248,000 nt of DNA from Andalucia godoyi And28 (taxonomy: Eukaryota; Protista; Jakobida), in contig VRVR01000021.1 in assembly GCA_009859145.1 (NCBI GenBank), forward strand, positions 20,001 through 268,000, written 5' to 3'. A program made the position numbers and the translations under genes. The notes below the pieces were generated by a model. It saw only the letters and a list, made by a program, of their open reading frames with translations. It made no database searches and was not told the origin of the DNA. The stretch's first letter is position 1; each line of letters opens with the position of its first letter. Below are positions 47,127-60,597 of this stretch, in pieces.

Positions 47127-47861
47127 AGATCAACTGCGGCCTGATGATGCGCACGCACGATTAAATTTTTTTATAAAAAAGTAATTAAATTATTTAAAAT
47201 AATAATTAAAAAAACCAATTGCTGCAGCCTTCCGACCCCAATCTCGCCAGATTTTTCTGTCGCTCCCGCAGCTGTCTTGTGCGGAATGTTTTTGTTGTTG
47301 CTATTGCTGTTGCTGTTGTCACGTTTTCAAAACACGCTTTCAAATCGGCAGCAGTACCAATCCAATGAGTACTTTCATATTTTATTAAACCAATGTTACT
47401 ATTTTATTATTTGCGGCACTAAGGGCGATTGGCAGCGGGATGGGCTTCCCATATTGGAAGCCGGTCGTGTTTTTCTCTACAGCAGGAGCCTTGTGACCGT
47501 TGACAGCTGAAAGGATGCCAGTAGCATCGAGCACGAAGCGGGGCAAGCAGGCAACCGGAATTGAGAGGCCAAAACCTCGAGGAGGGTGGAAGGGTGCGGC
47601 TTGTAAAGAACGTGCCACTCCTTGATCTTGGGCTACAGTGACCGGGCGTCGTGCGCGTCTTCTGGACAAACAGAAAACATCTGTCTTCTGCGGCTCTTTG
47701 TTGTGAGACAGCAACAAGTTACAACTCTCCCGCCCCTGGCCGCAGAACAACGGTACCGCATAGCAAACACAGGCTCCTATCGACCAGAAGGATCAATTGC
47801 TTCGCTATTCCAGCAGATAAGTTCGTTATCCGGTGGACAATAGACAAAAAGAACCAGGGGG

Positions 47862-48656
47862 CTATCGTGGATTTGCAAGATTCCGAGGTGATTCTCGATG
47901 ACCATGATTACTGTTATTACTGTCACTACTGTTATTACTGTTATGATGATGATGATGATGAAGAACATGATGTGGATGCTGATGATGATGATGAAGATGT
48001 TGGCGGCTGTGGTGATTGTTGTCTGCAGCGTATTCTTGTATGGAGTCCTCAGTTCGCGGAAATGGGATCTCAGCGACTTGTCGTGGTGTATGTGGCGGGG
48101 CGTCGAAATTCTGGAGATCCAGCTGCTGGACGGGCTTCAACGGACAGAGATAGTCCATGCACAAACGGATTGATCGGCGTGCAACAGCATACCAAACGAC
48201 TCCGAACGCCGCGAGATTGAATGACTCTTGGGAGTCCAGAAAGCGGGAAGTGCGCATAAGCACGAGTGACGCCGAGACTTCGGTCGCGGTAAGCAGCATT
48301 GGGCTGAGAAACTGGCCAGATACCAGCCAGTCGATTACAACATACAGCTGGAAACACAGCAGAATGAACCGATAAGACCGGTACTTTGTCCACAGTGCTC
48401 GCAATGCATAGTCGCGGACTTGGCGAAACGGGCCCAGAAGCATTGCCGTAAGAACCGCATCCAGAGCCAGTCCAACATACAGCAGCGACAACCGCATGCC
48501 AATCATCATCACCAACACCCGCCTACCCCCAAAAAAAAAACAATTCAGACAAACGACGACCCCAACCACAACAACCAGAAGAGAACACGAAGAGAGAAAG
48601 CAAGGATGGGGGGGAGCAACACATTGGGGGAACCAAAACACATCCGCAGGCAGCAA
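47862..48656 (-). CDS. Small multi-pass membrane protein; real start probably near 48510
   Basis: Hydrophobic helices followed by an H-rich tail. Confidence 0.4.
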   Translation of the reverse strand: MLPADVFWFPQCVAPPHPCFLSSCSLLVVVVGVVVCLNCFFFGGRRVLVMMIGMRLSLLYVGLALDAVLTAMLLGPFRQVRDYALRALWTKYRSYRFILLCFQLYVVIDWLVSGQFLSPMLLTATEVSASLVLMRTSRFLDSQESFNLAAFGVVWYAVARRSIRLCMDYLCPLKPVQQLDLQNFDAPPHTPRQVAEIPFPRTEDSIQEYAADNNHHSRQHLHHHHQHPHHVLHHHHHHNSNNSSDSNNSNHGHRESPRNLANPR

Positions 48657-49034
48657 TCGTAAAAAAAAATAAAAAAATAAGCATCAAGCCCAAGTGGCTG
48701 ATGCAAGAAAGCTCTTCCCACGAACAGCGCAGCCTCAAGTGCGAAAATGAAAGACAAAGCAATAAGGTCATTTAAAAAAGGCTCGCCTCCTTCTTTTGAT
48801 TTTTTATGATTTCTTGTTTTTAATTCATTAATATTTTTATATTCTTTTTATACATATTTGGCGTGCTTTTCTTGTGCATTGATGCGCTGGATCCCACGGC
48901 CATCAGCTTTCTGTCCTACGCTTCACAAGTCTCCATACACTTCTTTTTTTGCTCTTTGCTGTCGACCGATTTACAGCTGTTCGTGTTCGTGTTTATCTGG
49001 AATCCCGCGATTGAGAGTTGATTGGGAGCGCAGA

Positions 49035-50771
49035 ATGAGCACAGAGGTACCTCGTGATTCTCTGGACTCGGTGTCAGAAGGTCTTGCGACTGCGTACTTC
49101 CCAAAGGGTGAAGTGTTTTATAATCCCGTTCAGTGCTTCAATCGAGACTTGTCAATTCTGGTGCTTCGAGCGTTCGACGAGACTCGCAAGGACGAAGGGA
49201 AGGCACTTGTTGTGAAGAAGAAACACAACTGGGAGTCGCAGAATCCTTATTCAGCGGAGAAGGAAGCGGAATACAAGGAAAAAAGAGCGGAAAAGGAGGC
49301 GGTTTGGACCCAGTTTGAGAATCCTGCGCCTTTGAAAGTCCTGGAAGGGTTGTCCGCAAGCGGACTGAGAGCAATCCGCTATGCAAAGGAAGTTCCGCAT
49401 ATTGACTATGTTACAGCCAATGATCTGGACAAGCATGCTGCAGAGGCGATCAGCAGAAATGTCAAGTGGAACGATGCGGAACCGCTAGTTCGTGTTTCGT
49501 GCTCGGACGTCAACTCGCATTTGCTGTCAAACCAAAATGTCTATGATGTGATTGATCTCGATCCATACGGGTCTCCAGCCCCGTTTCTTGCTTCATCAGT
49601 GTCGTGCGTTGCGGACGGCGGACTGCTGTGCATTACGGCCACGGATATGGCTATATTGGCTGGAAATTACCCCGAGGTTTCGCACGCCAAGTACGGGTCG
49701 ATTCCCGTACACGGCTCCAATGCGAGAATCGAAATGGGCCTTCGTGTGCTTTTGCACTCCATTTCGCAGGTCGCAGCACAATATGGGCGGTCGATTGAGC
49801 CATTGATGACGTTGTCGTTGGATTTCTATGCTCGGTGCTTTGTCCGTGTGCGCACATCGCTTGCACAGGTCAAGGAGAATATTCTCAGAAACGCCTATGT
49901 GCTACATTCTACAAAACGAGATCATTTTGAGTTGCTCCCCACGGGACGGACGGTGAACGATGCCCGGACGTACACGCCCCCCACGATTCCCTTGCAAAAG
50001 GTTGTCCAGAATTTTGAGACAGAATGGGAGCATGTGTGGATGGGAGGGCCCATCTGGACCGGCACCATGCACTCGCAAGATTTCCTCACGAAACTCGAAC
50101 GACTTGTTCGGGACCCTGTTGCAACCAAGCTGTACTCGGAGCATAACAAGCAGCGCATGAGAGGGCTGCTAATGACCTTGCAAGAAGAAGTTACGCTCGC
50201 TGACCATCCTTTGTACTTTCAAATTCCTGCGCTGTGTTCGGTAGTGCGTGCCAGCTGTCCGTCGTATCAGAGGTTCTTGTCTGCACTTATTAGGCTTGGC
50301 TACAGAGTAAGCGGTACGCATTGTGATCCTGCGGGATTCAAAACGGATTGTCCTACGCCCATTCTGTGGGACGTGGTTCGGTGCTTCGCGGAAGACTCGG
50401 GTCTGCAAACCACAGCGTTACCGAAAACGGAAAATGAAGCAGCGGCGGCGGCAGCTTCACAAGAAGAAAGCAAGGATTCCAAGAAGGAGCGACGATCAAA
50501 ACCGAAAATCCTTTTCACCAAGCCTATTGCAGCCACGATCCGAGAGACGATCAGGTTTTCCCAGGATCCAAACGTCGTGATGGATGATTTTGCAAAAGGT
50601 CTCGACCTGTCCTCTCTGGGCCGTTGGGCTCCGGATTACGAGGGCGAAGGACGGTTTCTACCTAATCCAGAGGAGAACTGGGGACCCAAGGCTCGTGCAA
50701 AGAAGCGTGCCCATACATCGTCGCCAAGTACGGCGGAAGTAGAAGAGCCATCAAAACGACCAAAGAACTAG
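49035..50771 (+). CDS. TRM1: tRNA (guanine26-N2)-dimethyltransferase
   Basis: VFYNPVQ.FNRDLS, LSASGLRAIRY, DVIDLDPYGSP and MGGPIWTG. Confidence 0.95.
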   Translation: MSTEVPRDSLDSVSEGLATAYFPKGEVFYNPVQCFNRDLSILVLRAFDETRKDEGKALVVKKKHNWESQNPYSAEKEAEYKEKRAEKEAVWTQFENPAPLKVLEGLSASGLRAIRYAKEVPHIDYVTANDLDKHAAEAISRNVKWNDAEPLVRVSCSDVNSHLLSNQNVYDVIDLDPYGSPAPFLASSVSCVADGGLLCITATDMAILAGNYPEVSHAKYGSIPVHGSNARIEMGLRVLLHSISQVAAQYGRSIEPLMTLSLDFYARCFVRVRTSLAQVKENILRNAYVLHSTKRDHFELLPTGRTVNDARTYTPPTIPLQKVVQNFETEWEHVWMGGPIWTGTMHSQDFLTKLERLVRDPVATKLYSEHNKQRMRGLLMTLQEEVTLADHPLYFQIPALCSVVRASCPSYQRFLSALIRLGYRVSGTHCDPAGFKTDCPTPILWDVVRCFAEDSGLQTTALPKTENEAAAAAASQEESKDSKKERRSKPKILFTKPIAATIRETIRFSQDPNVVMDDFAKGLDLSSLGRWAPDYEGEGRFLPNPEENWGPKARAKKRAHTSSPSTAEVEEPSKRPKN

Positions 50772-50931
50772 AGGGGCCCGTCTCAAGAATGGAAGTGCCA
50801 ACAGACAAGCCACGCATTTATCATGTAAAGCAACCATAAAAATGGTAGGATAGGATATGCACAGGATATGGTTGCCAAACGCGTTGAGAAGAAGAAGAAA
50901 AATGTGACCTTTGGAGATTACAAATGAGACG

Positions 50932-51233
50932 TCAAACACGGTACAATGTCGGATAGGAAGGTCGTCGACTGACCAATGCCGCCCACGAATTGCCAGGCAG
51001 CTGATCCCCAAGTGAAATGGAATGTGATCGATGGTTCGACAAACTCCAAGGCTGCTTTTCGGCAAGCGCGGGAACAACATCGGGGAGCAGCGACTCAGGA
51101 CGATGGCTGAGCACTTCGGACCAGCGCAGATCAACATCGTCGAAATTCGAGATCTGGGACTGTTGCACCAGCCAGTCCTGCAGAAACATTTGTCTCCAAT
51201 TTCGGTTTCGCGCTCCTCTTTCTCCTTCTCCTT

Positions 51234-51289
<56 letters not shown>

Positions 51290-52593
51290 GGATCGCATGG
51301 CCTCCCTAGGCAGCAAGAAGAAACGTCCTTCCGTTGTGCGAAACGTGCGGACGGCAAACTGGGACGCATATGACCGAGGAGTCGCTGTGCCGTCAGACAG
51401 CTGGTCGTCTCTCGGCTTCGCAGCTGCCTTGCGACATGGCGATTCTTGTCCACAGTGAACGCGCCAGCATAGCGTTTGTAAAGTCGGTTCTTGACGTGAT
51501 AGGCGCCAAAGACAGTGTGCATGGCCAAAATGTCGGATTGCTCACTGGGGCTCAAGTCCGACCACGCATCGCATTCCCAGTAATTGTCGCACACTGCATC
51601 CCAGTCAATTTGATCACCTGCGTCTGATTCAGTCCCATGAGCATGGCCACTTGCGGCGAAGGACACATGTTTCTTTCTGCGCCTGGTCTCGCTCATAATG
51701 AGTCCCTTAGGCCGAGGAACAAGCCTATGGAGATGTCTGTTGTAGCATTTGCTTTTGGTAATGTTTGGCATTTCCATCGCCAGCGGCTGTGTGCTGTTGA
51801 TCAGTGAGGAGTCTGTATCCATTTGATCAGTGGAATACACGGGAAACATGGAGTTGAGTGACGGGAGCTCGACATCTGATCCACTCGGGAGCAAACTGTC
51901 CGTTCGAATCTGCAACGACCCGGAAACATGATTGTGGCCTGCAATTTCACACAGCGTTCTCGAAGCATTGACATTTGCGTTCTCACCAACCGCACGAGTG
52001 CTTATTCCTATACAGGTTTGGGATCGAGCTCCGTAAAACGAACGCTCGCTCCTCGCGATGCCTTCAAGGAGGAACGGGCTTGCAGATGCCGCGGTTCCAC
52101 CTCTCGCGGTCCGCGAAAGACTGGAGGAGGCGGTTGAGTTGCTCTGGACATTGCTGCCGCTGTCTGATAACATAGTACTGGATATTCCTTTGGGAGCCGA
52201 CAATGGCTGGCTCCGGCGAGCCGCCTCTGTCAACGTCGCCATCGCCAAGGAGCCAAATTTGTGTCGACAAGCGCAAAGGCAGTCGGGAGAAGTGTTTGGC
52301 CTTCGGAGAGGAGGTGTCGTTGTCATTGCCGGGGATCGCTTATCTCGCATGCTCACCGATCGCCGAGACACCGTGCCGCTGATGACAGGGATCGACGAAA
52401 ACATATCGCTCGACGAAAACCCATTCGAATTGCTGTCGACTCGGGAAGATCTGCGATTGCTTGGATTTGAATTGGAATTAGAGTTCTCAAACCCTGTTGC
52501 TTGATCGCGAGACCACGCATGTTCTCTGGTTCCTCGCGGCTTTTGCCTCTTCTCTTTAGACTTGGAAAGTTCTCGAGAATGAAGGACCCCCAT
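50932..52593 (-). CDS. Hypothetical disordered protein with MG start and KKHVSF motif
   Basis: 553-aa ORF; GAGAGA tract encoded by a 6-bp repeat. Confidence 0.5.
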
Positions 52594-53260
52594 TCAATTT
52601 GCATATTGGTTGGTGGACTATTCGCTGCTTTTTTGATGTGTACCGTACTTACCTCAGGTATTTTGTATCCACAAAAGAATGCACAACTTTTTCTTCCAAT
52701 AACACGGACAAATGCAAAATAATAAAATAAATAACAACCAAGTACAAATTTGCGCAAATTTGCAAAACGGGCTCACAGTTCATTAACCTCTTACGCACAC
52801 CCAGAGTTTCCGAAGACACTTCTCCTGCTCATCAGAAGGGGGGGAAACAGGAGCGTAGGTTTTGTTCGGGAATTGAACAGAATCAGTGAACGTGATGTTG
52901 AAACGAATGGCAGGGTCACAAGAAGATCAACCTCACAAGGGTTGCTACCGCGGATCTGGTCCGATGGAAGTTTGATCTGCTTCGACCCGTCACGGAAGCA
53001 CTGTCTTAAAACAAAGAAGCCGGGGGGCGAGCGCTCTCAGAAATGCTACCGGTAATATGCAAGTGTGTTGAGAAAGCTTGTATTTGTTTGTTTTCCTTCT
53101 CAGTTTCAAATTATTTAATGGTTTGTTCTTTCTGTACAATGTTCAGATAAAGGTTAGTGGGGCGTGGGATTGGAAAGGGCATAAGTATGAACGGGCCCGG
53201 GGAATCCAGCCCCTGGATACCACAACTCCGCATCTTTCTTCTTTCCTTTTTTTTTTTTTT

Positions 53261-56097
53261 TCAGTCAGAAGAGACTAAGTATGGAGGATCGACATCAACA
53301 TTGACATCGAGAGAAGCCTTGAGCAAAGCCCGCTGCATTGGAGACTTCAGCGCGAGCGACGATGGAGACTGGACAAGAGCAAGCGAATGCTTTCGGATAG
53401 ACGAATTCAGGAAATTGTACGGATCCGCAGACGCCAGAGAGTCGTAGAGTGACACTCGAGGCGACGCAAACAGAACGTCTGGGCTCGTCAAGAACGTCGA
53501 CATTCGCGATTTTCTCGCGGAAGGTTGAATGGGGGTTGTCGGCATTGGGGTACCGAAAAGCGATGCATGCATGCGCTTTGAATGTACAAAAGGTGACGCA
53601 AAACCATTAATCGTGTCCACAGACCCGCGGAACAGTGCTCGCACCGACCAGTCGCTGATCTCTGTTTGGGTCGGCTGATCCACGGAAAGTGCTACACCCG
53701 GAGCCAGAACGTAATCTGTTTGCGTATATGCACTTGTCATGACGGCGGCGGCCTTCGAGTGCGTGGCCGGTGCCGCCGTCGACACGGACGCTGACACTGG
53801 CTGCACAGCCGATTCCGTCGTCCAATGCGGCTTGTGACTCTTGAACTGCACTCCGCGATCGACTGTCTTGTGCGGCAAATATTGGGTCTCACGGTTCACC
53901 ATTTTCGTACCCGGCGATTGGGAGGCCTTATGTTCGACATGAGGACTGGACCCGTATGACAACTTTTGTTTTGCGCGACCATTGGCATGTGACTCTGCCT
54001 GGTACTCGCGGCTGGCAACTCGCACTGGAGAGGACTGGACGGCCACTTCTTGAAAGAATTCGTCGCTTGCAACGCGGACAATGTGTGTATTGCAGGCCGA
54101 GTCGCGACGATCAACAGCTCTTGGCGTGCTGCTGGCGTCCTCGTGGTCTCGGAGCTTCGACTCTAACGACCGGACTTGCAGCATCCACACCTGGATGTCG
54201 TCATCTCGCTGTGCGATAAACTCTTGTATTTTCTGCGCAAAGTGTGCTTCGGTATTCCCAAGTTTGGCACGCAACTCGTCTCGCTCGTGAGCCAAATCAC
54301 GAATTTGGATGTTTTGATCAGACAACTGCGATTCCAGTGCGGTGAGACGTGCAGTCACTTCCTGCTTTTCCTTGTCAAGTTCTGCGACTTGTCGGACAAG
54401 CTCTGATCGCTCAATAGACAGCGCTTCCCATCGTCGCTGGTTTTCCTCGTTTGTGGACGCTTCCAGAACCACCTGACTCGCTTGCACTAGCAAGATGTTT
54501 TCTTTCTGCAGCGCGGCATTCTGTTTTTGCAACGCCCCCAGTTGGTCCTGAACCTGGTCCATTGCTCGCAATGTCTCCTTCTTCTGCCGCTCTGCATTAA
54601 CAATTGCTAGTCGCAAACGTTCCGTTTGATCCGTCAGCGAATGGTTCGTCTCTACTAACGACAGATTATCGCGGCGTAGACTTGCATTCAATTCTCTCAG
54701 CGGTCCGCTTTCCGACTGCAAAGCTGCAGTGGATTCTTGCAATCTCTGTGCCTCGACAAGCACTGATTGTTGAGATTGCTGGCTCTCCAAGACGCTTTGA
54801 CGTAGCTGTGCGTTTTCCTGTTCCTTGTTACTCAGTTTCTCGCAAGCAAAGGTGTACTCCTGGAAGAGCGCATCCTTTTCACACTGCAAGGCGCTCCTCT
54901 GCACAGCAGCTGCATCCAATCCCCTCTGCAGGTCCGCGCCCCTCTGCAGCAACCGTTCTTGTTCCTGAAGCAGCGCAGAATGCTGTCTTTGCAGGTTGTC
55001 TATTTGCTGTTCCAAACCACTCTTGATGTTCTCCAATTCTTGCTTCTCAATTCCCAGTCGTTCCACCGATTGCAAAAGCACGGATTTCGCATGTTGCAAA
55101 CTCTCAGATTCCCGACGAAACACCGCCTTTTGTTCCTCGCACTCTCCGCATAACCTTCCTCGTTCACTTTCCAGCTCGTCCAGCAAGACACGCTGACGAT
55201 CTACATCGGCTGCTGCGTCGCGAACTCTCTTCTCGAGAATCTGAATCTGCAGCGTCTGTTCGTCCGAACTCGCGCTCATCGTCCTGACCTTCGCAAGCAG
55301 CTCTTCTTTTTCCACGGATAAAGACTCCATTGATTGTGCAATGTGCAGCTTCTCTGCTTGAATAGCTTGAATCTTCTCCTGCGTCTCCAAATCGCCTTTC
55401 GCTGCAACGCGCCGTATTTCGTCGTCCTTTCTCGCGATCGTCTCCAGCAACCCTGTCTTTTGCCGCTCCAGTGCATCGAGCGCCTGAACCAGCCCGACCT
55501 TCTCCTTGACCCACTCCAGCATCTTTTCGTGATGCAGCCTCAGACCGTGCTCTTTTCCAGCGCATTCTGTCTGCAACTCCGCAATTGTCTGCAACAAGCT
55601 CGTCTTTTCCGCTTCCAACTCCAGGAGTCTCTTTTCCCTGTCCTCCTTCTCGCGTAGACACACGCTCAACCTATCCTGCAGCTCCGCAACTGTGCTGCGG
55701 TCCAGTCCCTTCAACCTCTGCACCAGCTCTTCGTTTTCCCGTGCTTTCGAATCAACGTCAGTCGCCAACACCGAGTTTCGTGACTGCGCATCCGACAACT
55801 TGTGTGCTAATCGATCCACCAGCACCTCAAAACGGTCTCGCTCCGAACGAAGCGATTGGCACTGGTTCACAACAGACCGCAAGGAATCCTCCAGCATCTG
55901 CACCGACTGCTGCAGCTCGAAAACACGAGTTTCGCTCTCGGACCGAGACTTTAGCGCGTCTTTCAGCAACTCGCGCAAAGAAGCAGCTTCAGACACCCGA
56001 GGAGAACTACTCATTCCAGTCACAACTGCCCCCCACAAAAAACAAAAGGCACAAGAACAAGAAAATATACAATTTACAAAACAAATATTATAATTAT

Positions 56098-56143
<46 letters not shown>

Positions 56144-56212
56144 TATAAACGAATTTGAGAAAAGAAGTGGAGGGGAAAATACTGACCTTTGTTGGGTTTC
56201 GACAATTGGCAA
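53261..56212 (-). CDS. Long coiled-coil protein with C-terminal TQT-like motifs; real start probably MSSSPR near 56012
   Basis: Heptad E/Q/L-rich region; the first 60 or so codons lie over an (AAT)n tract. Confidence 0.65.
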
Positions 56213-57954
56213 TTCTTAGCGTAGAGCAACTACGGAATAGCATGGGCACAATGATGCGTGCTTTTTTTGCCGCCAAATCGAGCGGATAATAGTTCACCCG
56301 CCCACCATTTTTGTCCGTTTTGGCCTGCTTTCGCTAGCATCAAGCCGAGCATTCTAAAAAAGAAAAGGCGATCGGGGGGCATTTCCTTCTTTTACGGCTG
56401 CTGAAGGTCAGACATGGAGCACACTTGGTCGAAGGATCTTTTTTCGGCACGGTTTTGCTTGGAGAGGGGGTGCCCCGGAAGGACAAGGTCAGTACCACGG
56501 ATCGCTGGATTGCTTGTTGAAAGGGGGCCGAGTGGCGGGTGGCCAGAAGCGAAACTACTGGGAACCCCGGATATTGAAGGACGAAAAAGGTGCAAGACGA
56601 GCAGGCGAGATTGTTCCCGTCGAGGCTGGACAGTGGATCAACATGGCTGGATGGACTATTGTGGCAAAGAGCCCAACAATACAAGTCGCAGAACGTCATG
56701 GGGATGGCTTCAAATGGCTGAAGGTCCGACCAGACTGCCTCGGAGCGCACAGCAGAAATGACAAGCTGGAGAATTTCCGAGGCAGAATCCCGTCGCAGCG
56801 GACGGTCTTTCTTTGCTCGGGCACACAGGAAAGCACCGGCAAGCAGTGGATTGTTTCCTGATCCTGCGGACAAGGTAGCACGCGCAGTCTGGCATGTCTC
56901 CGACGGGAGGTTTTCCTTTCCGGTGCAGCAGGCTGTGCGAGTGCGGTGCGCATTGGTGGACGGCGTTTTCACGGTGACCGACGCACGAGTTGCTCTCTAC
57001 GCACGGAACCTCATTTCCATCCAGCTTCTGCATGGGCGACCGAATCCGCTACTTGGAAATCTGTAATCAGCGTTTGCTGCGCTGAATTGAATGCGAAATG
57101 ACGAAAGCAGAATTGCATGTGGATGTTGGTGTGCGAATGGGCGTCCCCGGTGTGCCGTTTATTCCTTCTTTCATCGTTGTGACGCGCAACCCACCCTCCC
57201 CCATACACGTACATTCATTCGTACACTCATCGACACAAGCACACCCGTCGGCGCGTCCGCCTACTCGCACACAACCCCAAAATTTGTTGAAGCCATGTCA
57301 TCCGAAGACGATATCGCGCAGCTGAAGGCCTTCCTCTCCTTGAAGCTCCAGCCATCTGCTCGACCAGTCGCCGGCAGCTCACGCCAGAACTCAATGCCCA
57401 GACTTGGTCTCGACAAGGTTGTCGGGAGAAACCGCGCTTCTTCCATCGGCGATTCCATGGCTTCCATGCCCCCTCCGCCCACCCCGCATCTCTCTGTAGC
57501 CCATCACCACTAAACGCTGACGGCGAGCTGTTGGTAACAGATTGCTTTTTCTCCGTCTTCCTTCCCTCTCTCGCTCTCTCACTCGTGTCTTCTTTTTGCG
57601 TGCCCTTTTTGTTGTTGCTGTTTCCCTTGTATGTATGAATACCCTGCGGCTTCTATCTGTCATTTATTACTATTTTTCTTTTCTTCTGTACGTGCGTGTG
57701 TGTATGGCTTGTTTTTTTTTTTTTTTTTTTTTTTTGGTAATGTAACGAATGTGGATTCAAAGTTCAAAATGTCAATGATCTGTTTCACGAATAAAAAGAT
57801 GATGTTTCAAATCGTACATCTTGTAGGGTTGGCAAAACAGTTTACTTTTCATCTGGCTCGCGCTCATTGCACACACCGATGGGGGAGCTGCAAAGAAGAG
57901 GAGGGGAAGGATGTATTAACATGCGGACGCAGTCAGAAAATTCTTGATCGCCAC

Positions 57955-60597
57955 TCAGAGGTTCTGAAAGTCATCTTGCGTCGGGGAGAGCACGGTGGTT
58001 TGTGGCGAGGTTCGTGGTCGAGGGACAGTCGCAATGCTCTTGGTGTGGGTTGGAGACTCGGCAGAATGCTCCAGTGGTGGCAGTCTCCCTGGGCTCTGAA
58101 TCTTCTTCGCCAGGTCTGCTGTGGATCCAAAGATGTGGTACTCTTCTGCTAGGCGCTTCGTCAGAGAATCCGGACCTGTGTGCTTCTGCGGCAAATGGGA
58201 TCTCATCTTTCTGAAATCAACGCCAGTATGCTTCGGACGCGAACGCATATTGTCCATAAGCCGGTTGCACGACAGACAGCGTATCTGCTTGCGGCCAATC
58301 AAACCATCGTTTGTATCGCCGGACGGCAGTCGGGGAATGAACTGCGGTCTCTGCGGAGAGACAACTCGGGAGCCCCCTTGGTTCTCCGACTTGATCTTGT
58401 TAATCTGGCTTTGAAGGGTATTAAGAAGATCCAGCAGTTCGGCCCGATCCGATTTCTCATTCAGACGGTCGCTGAGTCGCACAACGATTTCCTTCTCCAA
58501 CGCAGCCACCTCATGACGCAGACGATCCGACGAGAGATCGACGTAGTCGCGATCGCATTTTCTCGCCACCGCAGTAACGTCTGCCTTTGTTCTGCCCAAT
58601 CCATCAATTCGGCTCGACAACAGATCCAAATCCATGCGCGTTACCCGCTCTTCGGGACTCATCGAATCACGCACAATCACGTTCGTGCTGTTGTTGTACA
58701 CAACCTTGGGAGCAACGATACTTGCAGCCACAGGCTCCGCAGGCGTCGTTGTAGGGGATGCGGCGGGTGGCATCGCTGCGGCGTTCTTGAGCATTTGCGA
58801 ATGCAAGGCAGCAATCTGCACCTGCAATGACTGCGTAATGTGGTTGAGACCTTGGATATCTCGCGCGTCGGTGCTATGTGCCATAGCATCCAACAAATCA
58901 CCAACTTGCTGTCGGAGCCAGCCGATTTCCTTGTCAACTACCTCACTGGACGACTCGAGTCTATCTGCTCGATTTGAGAGTTTCTGCCATTGTCCGCCAA
59001 AAGCTTCAAGCTCTTCTTGGACTGACGAAACAGCGCGTTCGAGCTTCGCTACCATTTGGTTCTGCCGTGCCAGCTGAGTCGCAAACTGATCCGTCGGAAC
59101 GAAGGCTCCAGAAGTCTGGAAGGCCCGCTCTTCGACAACCTTCACGTTCACCGTCATCGGGTTGACAAACGCAGCTGTAGCGGGGACGGGCGCTGCCTTG
59201 GAAGCGGCATCCAATCTTGGTGAAGAATGGAGAGGAGCTCCTCCCTTTGCAGACGCATCGTCAGCGGAAGCAGCGGAAATCTGGCGAACTTCAGAAATCT
59301 TCGTCCTGCTTCCATTGCGAGGAATGGCAGGCTCAACAGACCCTTCAGCGGAACCGGCTGCCGATTCGTTGGCAGAATGGGCGCGGAAGCGTTCTGTGGC
59401 AAAGACGATCTGGGCTTTCACATCCTCCATGACATCTACAGACAAGAGCTGATTCTCTGCAACACTGCGTTTGCGTTTCTTGTCTGTTTTCTCTGACGGT
59501 GGCATACTCTTGGCATTGTGTCGCGTTTCGAGCCGCTGAATCACGGCTGCAACACGGGTTCGATCAATGGGAATGCGCAAGTCATACACCCCGATGCGGA
59601 ACGAATCTGAAAAGTTCTTGCTGCGATCAGGATTGACATACAACAAACGATGCAAAGGGTCCGTAATGACAGCAGGAGTAGAGTAGAACACAGCGCCTGA
59701 AGTCAGCTGCTTCAAATGAGGGTCTTGCGAAATCTGTTCGCCTGGCAATGAGGCATCGAATTCTGCGAAGAGTGCTGGATCGACATCATCCTGGTTGTCC
59801 AGCGTTGACTGGATCCCTGGAAGCGAATGCAACACCACTACAAAGTGTACAAGTTCGGATTTCGGCAAATCCTCAAGCAGTGGCAAAACCCGCTCGGCTG
59901 CAGGCTTCATTGTGACGTCCACATGATCGGCAAATCGAGCCACCACAACCGGATTGTCATTCGACACCTTGTCTCTTGCAGAATCTTCCGAATTTCGGTG
60001 TTCCGTTGATGACCCTCCTGCTACAGATGCAGATGCAGCAGCAGCGGCGGCAGCTTCCGAGGCAATAGCCGACGTTTCCGCAGAGGCATCCTGCAAATCC
60101 TCTGTTACCTGGGCAATGTCCGAGAGGTCCTCTTTGAATGCCTCCATAATCTCTTTTAAATTCGCGACATCCGATTCCAGCTCCATAATACGAGCTTCAT
60201 AACTTCCCAACTGGTCTTTGCTTGCCTGCAGAGAAGCATCATCGTCGTCCTCCGTTGTCGCATTCTTCGATTCCGACGCTAGTGTTGATGCTGTTGCTGT
60301 TGTGGAGTAAACAAGCTTCTCCAAATTTTCGCGGCACATCGTCTCGCGCAAGAGCTGCAATTCGAGCTCATCCACCCGTTTCAGCAGTGCCTCGTGGTCT
60401 GAATGCGAGACCCCGGTCGCACTTTGTGGCTGCACATTCTTCAAGTCAGTAACATCGCATTCGGTAGCCGACATACGGCCTCCTAACCGGTTAACCGTGT
60501 CCACAATGCTCGACAGCACGTGCTGCAGGGGACTGAACTGTAACGAAATGAGCGTCGACAGATCAGGAAGTCCTTCTATGAGAACCGGTCCAGACAT
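57955..60597 (-). CDS. Coiled-coil protein with a QRICH2/C16orf96-like C-terminus
   Basis: LIGRKQIRCLSCNR motif after a coiled coil. Confidence 0.5.
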   Translation of the reverse strand: MSGPVLIEGLPDLSTLISLQFSPLQHVLSSIVDTVNRLGGRMSATECDVTDLKNVQPQSATGVSHSDHEALLKRVDELELQLLRETMCRENLEKLVYSTTATASTLASESKNATTEDDDDASLQASKDQLGSYEARIMELESDVANLKEIMEAFKEDLSDIAQVTEDLQDASAETSAIASEAAAAAAASASVAGGSSTEHRNSEDSARDKVSNDNPVVVARFADHVDVTMKPAAERVLPLLEDLPKSELVHFVVVLHSLPGIQSTLDNQDDVDPALFAEFDASLPGEQISQDPHLKQLTSGAVFYSTPAVITDPLHRLLYVNPDRSKNFSDSFRIGVYDLRIPIDRTRVAAVIQRLETRHNAKSMPPSEKTDKKRKRSVAENQLLSVDVMEDVKAQIVFATERFRAHSANESAAGSAEGSVEPAIPRNGSRTKISEVRQISAASADDASAKGGAPLHSSPRLDAASKAAPVPATAAFVNPMTVNVKVVEERAFQTSGAFVPTDQFATQLARQNQMVAKLERAVSSVQEELEAFGGQWQKLSNRADRLESSSEVVDKEIGWLRQQVGDLLDAMAHSTDARDIQGLNHITQSLQVQIAALHSQMLKNAAAMPPAASPTTTPAEPVAASIVAPKVVYNNSTNVIVRDSMSPEERVTRMDLDLLSSRIDGLGRTKADVTAVARKCDRDYVDLSSDRLRHEVAALEKEIVVRLSDRLNEKSDRAELLDLLNTLQSQINKIKSENQGGSRVVSPQRPQFIPRLPSGDTNDGLIGRKQIRCLSCNRLMDNMRSRPKHTGVDFRKMRSHLPQKHTGPDSLTKRLAEEYHIFGSTADLAKKIQSPGRLPPLEHSAESPTHTKSIATVPRPRTSPQTTVLSPTQDDFQNL

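Noticed and set aside
56340-57513. Several 100-210 aa ORFs on both strands
   Set aside because: No recognisable domain or consistent frame; a real small or spliced gene is possible but unsupported.
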